NCBI GenBank assembly: GCA_963722225.1
Contig: CAVRNM010000068.1
Coordinates: 1-50,406, forward strand
DNA: 50,406 nucleotides
Direction of reading: 5' to 3'
Source of the DNA: an uncultured Verrucomicrobiae bacterium
GTDB lineage: Bacteria > Verrucomicrobiota > Verrucomicrobiia > Opitutales > Opitutaceae
The first letter of the stretch is position 1, and each line of letters begins with the position of its first letter. Both the position numbers and the translations under genes were made by a program. The notes beneath the pieces were generated by a model. It did not search any database. It was not told the origin of the DNA and saw only the letters and a list, made by a program, of their open reading frames with translations. Positions 39,667 to 47,304 of the stretch are shown here, piece by piece.

Positions 39667-39823
39667 GGCGCATCTTCTGATAATCGGTGATTCCGAAGGT
39701 AGCGCAGCCATCCTTGGCTGCATCGGTTGCAGGCTGGAAGCCTGCGCTACGAAACGCGACCGCTCGTTCATCACCGATGGCGCCGGCTTGCTGCCTGCTC
39801 TCCCGTCAATCGGGCGATGCGCC
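39667..39823. repeat. 157-bp REP/MITE-like element, family 2 (terminal GGCGCATC / GATGCGCC, internal hairpins)
   Basis: GGCGCATCTTCTGATAATCGGTGATTCCGAAGGTAGCGCAGCCATCCTTGGCTGC..GCAGGCTGGAAGCCTGC..CAATCGGGCGATGCGCC. It matches 46966-47122 in the same orientation and 46099-46264 inverted. Confidence 0.8.
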
Positions 39824-39922
39824 CATCCCGGCCCGGCGGAACGGAGGCGCGTTTTAATTGTCGCCCCGCCCGGGGTGGTGCGCGTTGTTCCGGACGCGCT
39901 CAACCGGGACTATGCATTCGAG

Positions 39923-39988
39923 TATAGGGCCGTCGCCGTTTCGACAGGCTCAAGGCCCCGAGCGTGTCGAGGGGCTGGTCGACGGGCC
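39923..39988. repeat. REP-like element, family 3, second copy
   Basis: TATAGGGCCGTCGCCGTTTCGACAGGCTCAAGGCCCCGAGCGTGTCGAGGGGCTGGTCGACGGGCC. It is a direct-orientation match to 36021-36085. Confidence 0.7.
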
Positions 39989-40132
39989 GCTTGCCGGGCG
40001 CCAACGGTCCGGCCACAAGGGCCGACCCTACCTTCAGTGAAGGGGCGCGGATGTTTCCCTGCATATTCATGGCCCAACTGCATCAATCCGGCTCAGAGCG
40101 TCCGGCGGATAAGCGGCTCCACCTCAGCCACG

Positions 40133-41194
40133 TTATTCCCACCTCGTGGAATATCCCGCCTGCGCGCCGCCAACATCCCGCAGGAAAGGCTGATTCGAGA
40201 CCAGCGGCGTCATCGGCACCGACGGCAGGCGCGTGCCGGGAGGAACCGTGAAGCCGCGCAGAAATTCAGCCGCCGGCAACATGCGCCCCCCGGAGCGCTG
40301 CAGCTGGCGCAGGCGGAGGACTCCGGCACCAGTCGCGACCAGCAACCCGTCAGCGTCGGCGCCCAGCACCTCGCCGGCCGGCCGCCCCGAGGAACCCGGG
40401 TCGCTCCCGCCGGCCCGGTCCGCCAGCCCGAGCTTCACCGTCAAGCCGCCAATCTCCACGGTGCAACCAGGCCAGGGATAAAGACCGTTGATCCGCGCGC
40501 CGAGCACGTTCGCGGACGCGGCGAAATCCAGCCGCCCGTCATCCTTCACGAGGCGCCGGCAGTAGGTCGCCCGCGCCTCGTCCTGGGCCATGAACGTCAG
40601 CCTCCCGTCCCGGAGCCGGGGCAGCGCGCGGGCCAGCAGCGGCCCGCACGCCGCCGCGAGCCGGCCTTCGACTTCGCGCGCCGTGTCGAGCGGCGCGATG
40701 GGCACGCGCGCCTGATCGGCGACCGGCCCGGCATCCAGCTTCCGCACGACGCGCATCAGCGTGATTCCTGTTTCCGATTCGCCCTGCGCGATCGCCGTCT
40801 GGATGGGCGAGGCGCCGCGGTACCGGGGCAGCATCGACGCGTGCAGATTGAGCGTGCCGAGGCGCGGCGTGGCGATGAAGTCGTCCTTGAGGATCTGACC
40901 ATACGCTAGCACCAACGCCACGTCGGCCTGTTGGGCCGCCAGCCAGTCGCGTTCGTCCGGCGACAATTTCTCCGGTTGCCGGACAAGCACGCCGCGCGCC
41001 ACCGCCCATTGTTTGATCGGGCCGGCCCCGGTCTTCTGACCGCGGCCGGCCGGCCGGTCGGGCTGGGTGCACACCGCCACGAGGGACGCCAGCGCGCCGC
41101 CCTCCCCTGCCAGCCAGTCGAGGAGCGGCAGGGCGATGGGATCCGATCCCATGAAAACCACTTTGAGCGGCGCGGTTGCCTGGTTCTGGTTCAT
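40133..41194 (-). CDS. fmt: Methionyl-tRNA formyltransferase
   Basis: LKVVFMGSDPIALPLLDWL..PDRPAGRGQK..NLHASMLPRYRGASPIQTAI..GITLMRVVRKLDAGPV. Confidence 0.9.
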   Translation of the reverse strand: MNQNQATAPLKVVFMGSDPIALPLLDWLAGEGGALASLVAVCTQPDRPAGRGQKTGAGPIKQWAVARGVLVRQPEKLSPDERDWLAAQQADVALVLAYGQILKDDFIATPRLGTLNLHASMLPRYRGASPIQTAIAQGESETGITLMRVVRKLDAGPVADQARVPIAPLDTAREVEGRLAAACGPLLARALPRLRDGRLTFMAQDEARATYCRRLVKDDGRLDFAASANVLGARINGLYPWPGCTVEIGGLTVKLGLADRAGGSDPGSSGRPAGEVLGADADGLLVATGAGVLRLRQLQRSGGRMLPAAEFLRGFTVPPGTRLPSVPMTPLVSNQPFLRDVGGAQAGYSTRWE

Positions 41195-41425
41195 CTATAC
41201 CGGAAAGAATTCATTCCTGATTCTCCGCCATGCTTCAACGTCGTCCGGGTGAATGAAGAGGGCGACCCGATCAACCGGACCAAGCTTGGTTGAGCGAGGC
41301 TTGGGCAGAAACGTCTCGATTTGAAACCGGATGTTTTCCTTCTCCAGGCGCGGCAAAATGCGCTCCGCCTCGTCCACCGCCAGTCGCCCTTGCGCCAGAA
41401 ATTCCTCGCTCTCGTCGGAACTCAT
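41195..41425 (-). CDS. Small hypothetical protein directly abutting fmt
   Basis: 76-aa ORF whose stop is adjacent to the fmt start (41195/41194). It loosely resembles a DUF2007-type fold, but no firm family is assigned. Confidence 0.45.
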   Translation of the reverse strand: MSSDESEEFLAQGRLAVDEAERILPRLEKENIRFQIETFLPKPRSTKLGPVDRVALFIHPDDVEAWRRIRNEFFPV

Positions 41426-41515
41426 CGGAGGGAAGGCTGCTCACGCCGCATGGTCTCGACCGGCCGCGCCCACTTGACGCGCCACACCCGTTTCAGCCGA
41501 AACGATGCCGTTGGC

Positions 41516-41583
41516 TGTAGGGCGGGATTGCCGAATCCCGCCGATCTGCCGAGAGTGGCGGGGTGCGGCGACCCCGCCCTACA
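41516..41583. repeat. REP-like palindrome, family 1
   Basis: TGTAGGGCGGGATTGCCGAATCCCGCC..GGCGACCCCGCCCTACA. Confidence 0.8.
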
Positions 41584-41871
41584 GCGCCCCACCGAACGGT
41601 GCGGCGAACTACGAGCAAGAATCGCCCCAACTGCAAGGATCCGTCTCAGCGGTGGCCGCGACCATTTCCCGGTCGGGCCTGACGAAGCCGCTGCTCTTAT
41701 AATCGGGATCGGGGACACGGAGGATTGCGGAGGTCATAAAGCGTGAAGGCTGGCGGAGCCGAAGGCAACGTTAGTCGCCATCCGGTCGTGTCCTGATCTG
41801 AGGGCGTAAGTCCTTCAAGTCCCGGCTTGGGCGACGATTTTCCGCCCCGCTAAAAATAACGATCAAGAAAA

Positions 41872-42171
41872 GTGCGTTTGTGGCGATACCCTGACTTGGG
41901 GGTTCCGATGTCCCACGTTCATACTATAGGCGGCTACACCACCGCCGTCGAATACCAGGAGCACTTGCTGCAGATGAAGGCAGCTCGGGAATCCGAACGT
42001 GACGCGAACGACCGGCGCAAGGCTCGCGTTCGGGCGTCTGATTTCAAGGTTGACCCTGATCGTGACCGGGGAGGCCATTCCGAGAGCGAAGCCGATTCCG
42101 AGAAAGAGGCCGGTTCCGAACAAGAATCCGATCCCGGCCCAGACGGTGGTTCCCTTCGCGGGTACGCCTAG
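41872..42171 (+). CDS. Hypothetical small acidic protein (weak call)
   Basis: 99-aa ORF in a locally lower-GC stretch with an acidic Ser/Glu/Asp-rich tail. A competing antisense ORF lies at 41863..42123. No homology was recognised. Confidence 0.25.
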   Translation: MRLWRYPDLGVPMSHVHTIGGYTTAVEYQEHLLQMKAARESERDANDRRKARVRASDFKVDPDRDRGGHSESEADSEKEAGSEQESDPGPDGGSLRGYA

Positions 42172-42219
42172 CAGAGCGCGGAAGGAGTAGGAGCGCGGAG
42201 GGCGAAGCGCGACGCGCTC

Positions 42220-42621
42220 CTAGACTGCGCTTTTCTCCCGGCTCAGCACCGTCATCATCGAGAACGCCTCGGTGGCGAACACGGCATGGGGGAACCCCGG
42301 CGGCAGGTGCAGCAGGTCGCCGGCCCGCAGGGGTGTCTTCTTGCCGGCCAACGTGAATTCGCAGGCGCCGCTGAGGATTTGAATCAGCGCCCGGGCGGGC
42401 GTGCTGTGCTCGGTGATCCGCTGGCAGGCTGCAAAGGCGAAGAGCGTCACGCGCACGCCATCCTGGTCCTGCAGGGCGCGGCTGACGATGCCGGTGTCCG
42501 AGAATTCCGTTGCTTCAGCCAGATTCAGAACGCTGGCCTTGGTTGGATCAAAAAGCGTGGATTGAGCCATGGGAATAAAATGCGGCCTTGCGGTGCTCAC
42601 AATTCTCTCATGCAACTCCAC
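42220..42621 (-). CDS. Cupin-domain protein
   Basis: 133-aa ORF with a cupin-like TEHSTPARALIQILSG..AGDLLHLPPGFPHAVFA. Confidence 0.7.
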   Translation of the reverse strand: MELHERIVSTARPHFIPMAQSTLFDPTKASVLNLAEATEFSDTGIVSRALQDQDGVRVTLFAFAACQRITEHSTPARALIQILSGACEFTLAGKKTPLRAGDLLHLPPGFPHAVFATEAFSMMTVLSREKSAV

Positions 42622-42640
42622 AGGCTGTCCAGTGCCGCGT

Positions 42641-42707
42641 TGTAGGGCGGGGTCGCCTGCCCTGTCGCATTAGACGCCCCGGCGGGATCCGGCGATCCCG
42701 CCCCACA
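42641..42707. repeat. REP-like palindrome, family 1 (more degenerate copy)
   Basis: TGTAGGGCGGGGTCGCCTGCCCTGTCGC..GGCGGGATCCGGCGATCCCGCCCCACA. Confidence 0.7.
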
Positions 42708-42729
42708 TTCGAAGTGGTGTCGTTCCCGC

Positions 42730-44271
42730 TCAGCGACGATCATAGACTAGGGTCTGCTCCACTTTTCCCGGCCCCCTGAACGAATCCATGATGGAATGGA
42801 TGGAGAGTCGGTCCCCCCGGTTTTCGAGCGTCCAGGTTTCCTGGGTCTTCATCTTGAATCCCGGAGGACCAAAAACCAGAGCGATCGTCGAATCCATGGT
42901 GATGGTCGATCCATCGTCGCCCAGCCGGGCGACCGTCGTGCGGGGGGATCTCATGACCACCGATTTCGATTCGGTCCCGTCGAGCGGATACTTCGCCTCG
43001 GTGGTCTCATCGTCGCTGGATTCTCGAACAATGGTCGATTGCACGGTGAGCACATTGCCCTCGTGGGTGACCGCGAGCCGGGCGGGGGAGAAACCCGCGC
43101 CCATCGGACCGAAATGGCTCGCCTCCTCATTGAGCACCCAGATGCCGGTGAAATCCCCTGACGGGAGTGCGACATGGACCGGCGGCAATCCGCACGTCTT
43201 CCGGTAGGCGGCAGTCACTTCGGCGTACTTCGCGTCATTCAATCCGAGCATGCGCGGGGAGCTCATCACGACGGCATATTGCTTCTTGGTCGTGTTCCGC
43301 ACCATCCCCGACCAGATGGCATAGTAGGTCCAGAGCGGCTGTTTTTCCAGGATCTCGGGGGCCGGGGGAGCGCCGACTTCCGCCAGGGCGAGCGGTTTGC
43401 CCTGCGACAGCTTCACGAGGCTGTCATAATACGATTGGGCGAAGTCGTTCCCGTAAACGTCGAGGCCCAGCACATCCACATATTCGATGCCGGGAAAATA
43501 TTTCGCGTGCTCCCGCTCCGGCTTTTCGCTGACGCGATCCATGCTCCAGAGCCAGATCAGGTTCTTCAGCTGGTGGTGATTGACCAGCCGGTCAAAGAGC
43601 TGGCGGTAGAGTGCCGCCGTGGTGTATTGCCCTTCGTAGCGCCCGCCCCACCAGAACCAGTCGCCATTGTTCTCGTGGTAGGGCCGCCAGAGAATGGGGA
43701 CATGGGCGTCCTGCAACTGCTTGAGAAAACCGGCGATGACGTCGACCTGCGCGGCCCAGTGATTGTACAAGGCGGTGCCCGGCGTGAGGACATCCTTGAA
43801 CTGCTCGTCGAGGAGCCGTCCTTGGACGCTCTTGAGCATCTTGGGATCGGCGCCAGGCAGGGGACGGAAGGTGACCGGCTCGTCGGCGGTGGGCGGCACC
43901 GCGTGCCAGCAGAGGCTGATGATCGAGCCCATCTGGTGCTGGCGGATGGCCTCCTTCACGATGTTGGGACGCGCCAACGTGGAGTCCGAGTCACCGGCCG
44001 CGGCGAATCCAAAATCGCAGGTCCAGACCGCCGGATATTTGCCGATGTACTTGGCCGCAAACTTCGAATTCCGGTCGCCTCCCATCGGGGGATTGTGCCG
44101 GCCCGTCAAGGTGTAGTGGCCGGAGATCTCCTGCAGCGTGGCGAGCAGCGCCGCGGCTTCAGGCAATGCATCCGGAGTGACCGGCTTGATGACCGGATCG
44201 GCGCCGAACAGGGCTTGGCCGAAGAGCAGCGGAAGGCAGGCGACCCCTAAGGTTTTGCGGAGTGAGTTCAT
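42730..44271 (-). CDS. GH26-family glycoside hydrolase (beta-mannanase-like) with signal peptide and C-terminal beta-rich domain; intact copy
   Basis: Signal peptide MNSLRKTLGVACLPLLFGQALFG. The GH26-type block ILWRPYHENNGDWFWWGG is present, followed by LIWLWS and LGLDVYGN. The 513-aa frame is uninterrupted. Confidence 0.8.
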   Translation of the reverse strand: MNSLRKTLGVACLPLLFGQALFGADPVIKPVTPDALPEAAALLATLQEISGHYTLTGRHNPPMGGDRNSKFAAKYIGKYPAVWTCDFGFAAAGDSDSTLARPNIVKEAIRQHQMGSIISLCWHAVPPTADEPVTFRPLPGADPKMLKSVQGRLLDEQFKDVLTPGTALYNHWAAQVDVIAGFLKQLQDAHVPILWRPYHENNGDWFWWGGRYEGQYTTAALYRQLFDRLVNHHQLKNLIWLWSMDRVSEKPEREHAKYFPGIEYVDVLGLDVYGNDFAQSYYDSLVKLSQGKPLALAEVGAPPAPEILEKQPLWTYYAIWSGMVRNTTKKQYAVVMSSPRMLGLNDAKYAEVTAAYRKTCGLPPVHVALPSGDFTGIWVLNEEASHFGPMGAGFSPARLAVTHEGNVLTVQSTIVRESSDDETTEAKYPLDGTESKSVVMRSPRTTVARLGDDGSTITMDSTIALVFGPPGFKMKTQETWTLENRGDRLSIHSIMDSFRGPGKVEQTLVYDRR

Positions 44272-44310
44272 GGTGGTTGGATTGAGGACAGAAAGGCGGA
44301 ACCGGGTGAA

Positions 44311-44439
44311 TCAGGGCAGGACGGTGACCGTTTTCCGAAGGGTCAGGTCGGGATCGGGGAACGGATAGTCGTAGGTCGCGGCGGCGCCGGAAATGCCCGC
44401 GCCGAGCACTACCGCGAGAATGACAGGGCGGATCTTCAT
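44311..44439 (-). CDS. 42-aa signal-peptide-like small ORF between GH5 and GH26 (left arm)
   Basis: MKIRPVILAVVLGAGISGAAATYDYPFPDPDLTLRKTVTVLP. It is nucleotide-identical to the mirrored copy at 48787-48915. Coding status is unproven. Confidence 0.3.
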   Translation of the reverse strand: MKIRPVILAVVLGAGISGAAATYDYPFPDPDLTLRKTVTVLP

Positions 44440-44508
44440 GACGGGAGTGATTGCCCAAGACCGAGAAAAAGACGAATCCGCGATTGCATCTCCATGAGTG
44501 GATGCGGG

Positions 44509-45916
44509 CTACTTGATCTCGCCGTGCATCGCCGCCTTGGCGAATTCTCCCGATGGACTGAGCTCGTAATTCCAATTCTTGATCAGGGTCGGCCCCCACG
44601 TCGGATCGAAGCACCACACCGTCCAGCTGATGCCTTTCCCTCGAGATACTTGATGATCTCCGGGCCATAGGTGGCATTGCGGGCGCCCGGACCGGTCGGT
44701 TCTGCCGCGGGCTTTTCGCCGTTCGGCGGCGGTGGCTTCGCGAAACCGCCGAATTCCGTGGCGATGACGGGGTACCTGTCGGCCACGAAGCCGAAATCCA
44801 GTTCCCATTTCGGCGCCCATGGCGGGGGACGTTTATTGGCGTAGGGGTGGACGGAGTACGCAATGCGCTCCGCGGCGATCGGAGCGAGGCGCACGGCGTC
44901 AGGTCGTACGCCCAATCGAACCCCGCCACCACCGGGATCACCTGGGGATTGGTCGCGCGAATCATGGTGATTTCGCTCTCCACGATCTTCTTCCAATCGC
45001 TCCAGGAAACCGGACCCAATTGATCGCGGTAGGTGGTGGGTTCATTGAAGAGTTCGAAGAACGCGACCGTGTCGTGGCCCGCAAATGCCGGGCCATCATC
45101 CGCCAGAAATTGAAGGTTTCCCTCTGGGTCGTGTCGTACATCGGGTCCTGAAAGACCTCCGTCTCGAGATTCCCGATGCTGTGCCAGTCCAGCATGACAT
45201 ACATGTCCAGTTCCGTGCACCAGCCGACGGCTTGGTCGAGCAGCTTGATGTACTCCGCCGGAGTGCGTTCGCGCCAGGCGACGGGATGGACGGGGATGCG
45301 GACGAATTTGGTGCCCATCTCCTTGACCTTGATGAAATGGTCCTTGTTCCAATGTCCCGGCATTTCGAGCTGTCCGGATCCGAGATCGCCAATCCGCGGA
45401 ACAGAACCGTATTCCCCTCCGGATCCACGAACTGTTCCCTTTGACCGGGATCACGGGCATTTTCTTGTTATCAACCGTGTAGGGGCGCTGCCCCGGAGTC
45501 CGATCCCGCCACCGCAAATGAGTCCGTGGCGTATTCGGTTGACTCGGGGTTCGCCTTGCGCGGCTCTTCTTCGTCCGCGTCACTTCATCTTGATCCCGTC
45601 GCCAAAGGCCACGACCTCCACCGAGATTTCTCGTCCGAGACGAGCTGGCATCTGTAATCGATGGGGTTCCCGCAAACTCGATCGAAAAGCTAACGCGGAT
45701 CCGTTCACTTTGCCGCGCTTGATCTCATTGGCGCCCATCGGGGAGTCGACCGTCCGGTCAATTGCTCGCCCGTGACGGCAAAAGTGAAAAAAAGGTCGGG
45801 ACCGGTGCCGGCGTCCGGCAATGGTATCGACGTCTTCCATCTTCCGCTGATTCTCCGGCGAACGCACCCGCGACCGAAGCCACGAGCAGGACCAAGGCAA
45901 GTTTCCACTTTTTCAT
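44509..45916 (-). pseudogene. GH5-family glycoside hydrolase with N-terminal signal peptide and small beta domain; multiply frameshifted (left arm copy)
   Basis: Pieces in different frames:
- MKKWKLALVLLVASVAGAFAG
- ISGRWKT..DLFFTFAVTGEQLTG
- TVDNKKMPVIPVKGN
- FVDPEGNTVLFRGLAISDP
- HFIKVKEMGTKFVRIPVHP..YVMLDWHSIGN
- TVAFFELFNEP (acid/base Glu)
- PVIATEFGG (nucleophile Glu)
- GISWTVWCFDP..GEIK. Confidence 0.75.
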
Positions 45917-46098
45917 GAGTGATGTTAGTCGGGAAGGGAGAAATATCTGGGCCAGCCTTTGCTCAAGTCCACTCCCTAAGCCATCGGACGGGCACGGGGA
46001 GCGTTCATTGCTATTCGCCACAAGAATACGCTGTCCAACCTTTAGGTATCGTGAAGAATTGAGCCGTGCCGCACCTTTCCGCGAATCACCCCTGGAGG

Positions 46099-46264
46099 GG
46101 CGCATCCCCGATTGACGGTGAAGCAGGCAGCAAGCCTGCGCCATCGGCGACTAACGAGCGGTCGCGTTTCGTAGCGCAGGCTTCTAGCCTGCAGCCGATG
46201 CAGCCAGGGATGGCTGCGCTACGTTCGGAATCACCGACAATCGGGAGATGCGCCACCCCAGGAG
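46099..46264. repeat. Family 2 REP/MITE-like element (inverted orientation), left palindrome arm
   Basis: This is the reverse complement of the 46966-47122 element, with the same internal hairpins (GCAGGCTTCTAGCCTGC, GCAGCCAGGGATGGCTGC). Confidence 0.8.
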
Positions 46265-46423
46265 GATGGCGAGAAAAATTGGGAGAAAGTCCCACCGACA
46301 TCACGTTGTTTTGGGTATCGGCGGCTCGGCAACGAGACGCGGGCTGAGACATCCGGGGCACCGAATGGTGGTCCTCCTTTACGTCGCTGAAGGTTGGGAT
46401 AGCTAAACTGTCGTCATACTTCC

Positions 46424-46593
46424 ATGACCCGCCTTAAATTCATCAACCTGACTGCCGCCGCCACCGGCTCTCGCTCATCGCCCGCCCCGGGCTGGCCCAG
46501 TTATCTTCATTCCGCGCCCCCAGACGGGACCCCCGCGCTGGCGCGGGTTCAACCTGACCGAGAGTCAACGGCGGCCCCCGCGGAGGCCGCCCC
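46424..46593 (+). pseudogene. Degenerate mirror copy of the Tat-signal GH5-like N-terminal fragment (left of palindrome centre)
   Basis: MTRLKFINLTAAATGS.. is a decayed version of MTRREFITLTAAATGS.. on the other arm. It carries clustered substitutions (GCG to TTA, CCCGCCCC to TTATCTT) and small indels. Confidence 0.55.
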
Positions 46594-46796
46594 GATCGGC
46601 CATCCCACTGGAAGTCGGATTCCCGATAGGGGCGGCCTCCGCGGGGGCCGCCGTTCATCTCGGTCAGGTTGAACCCGCGCCAGCGCGGGATTTTCGGCTG
46701 GGGGCGCGGAATGGGGGCGGGCTGGGCCAGCCCGGGGCGGGCGATGAGCGAGCCGGTGGCGGCGGCGGTCAGGGTGATGAATTCGCGGCGGGTCAT
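46594..46796 (-). pseudogene. Truncated Tat-signal GH5-like gene fragment ending at the palindrome centre
   Basis: MTRREFITLTAAATGSLIARPGLAQPAPIPRPQPKIPRWRGFNLTEMNGGPRGGRPYRESDFQW. This is a Tat-type signal followed by the RGFNL..DFQW N-terminal block typical of GH5 enzymes. After DFQW the frame runs into the mirrored arm. Confidence 0.6.
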
Positions 46797-46965
46797 GGAA
46801 GTATGACGACAGTTTAGCTATCCCAACCTTTAGCGAGCGTGAAGGGACATCCATTCGGTGCCCCGGATGTCTCAGCCCGCGTCTCGTTCCGAGCCGCCAA
46901 TACCCAAAAACAACGTGATGTCGCTGGTTTTTTCTCCGAATTTTTCCGCGCCATCCTCCTGGGGT

Positions 46966-47122
46966 GGCGCATCTCCCGATTGTCGGTGATTCCGAACGTA
47001 GCGCAGCCATCCCTGGCTGCATCGGCTGCAGGCTAGAAGCCTGCGCTACGAAACGCGACCGCTCGTTCATCGCCGATGGCGCAGGCTTGCTGCCTGCTTC
47101 ACCGTCAATCGGGAGATGCGCC
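46966..47122. repeat. Family 2 REP/MITE-like element, right palindrome arm
   Basis: GGCGCATCTCCCGATTGTCGGTGATTCCGAACGTAGCGCAGCCATCCCTGGCTGC..CAATCGGGAGATGCGCC. Confidence 0.8.
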
Positions 47123-47304
47123 CCTCCAGGGGTGATTCGCGGAAAGGTGCGGCACGGCTCAATTCTTCACGATACCTAAAGGTTGGACAGCGTATTCTTG
47201 TGGCGAATAGTAACGAACGCTCCCCGTGCCCGTCCGATGGCTTAGGGAGTGGACTTGAGCAAAGGCTGGCCCAGAAATATCTCCCTTCCCGATTAACATC
47301 ACTC

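Noticed and set aside
41863-42123. 86-aa minus-strand ORF overlapping the weak plus-strand ORF 41872..42171
   Set aside because: Neither has recognisable homology. The plus-strand reading has more protein-like composition, so only that one is listed, at low confidence.
46594-46628. Palindrome centre as an unremoved hairpin library adapter
   Set aside because: The 35-nt loop has no similarity to the CT/GA-rich hairpin adapter I recall, and it continues the GH5-like reading frame (..YRESDFQW..). This excludes an adapter but does not exclude a fold-back chimeric read, so the artefact hypothesis is kept open in the findings.
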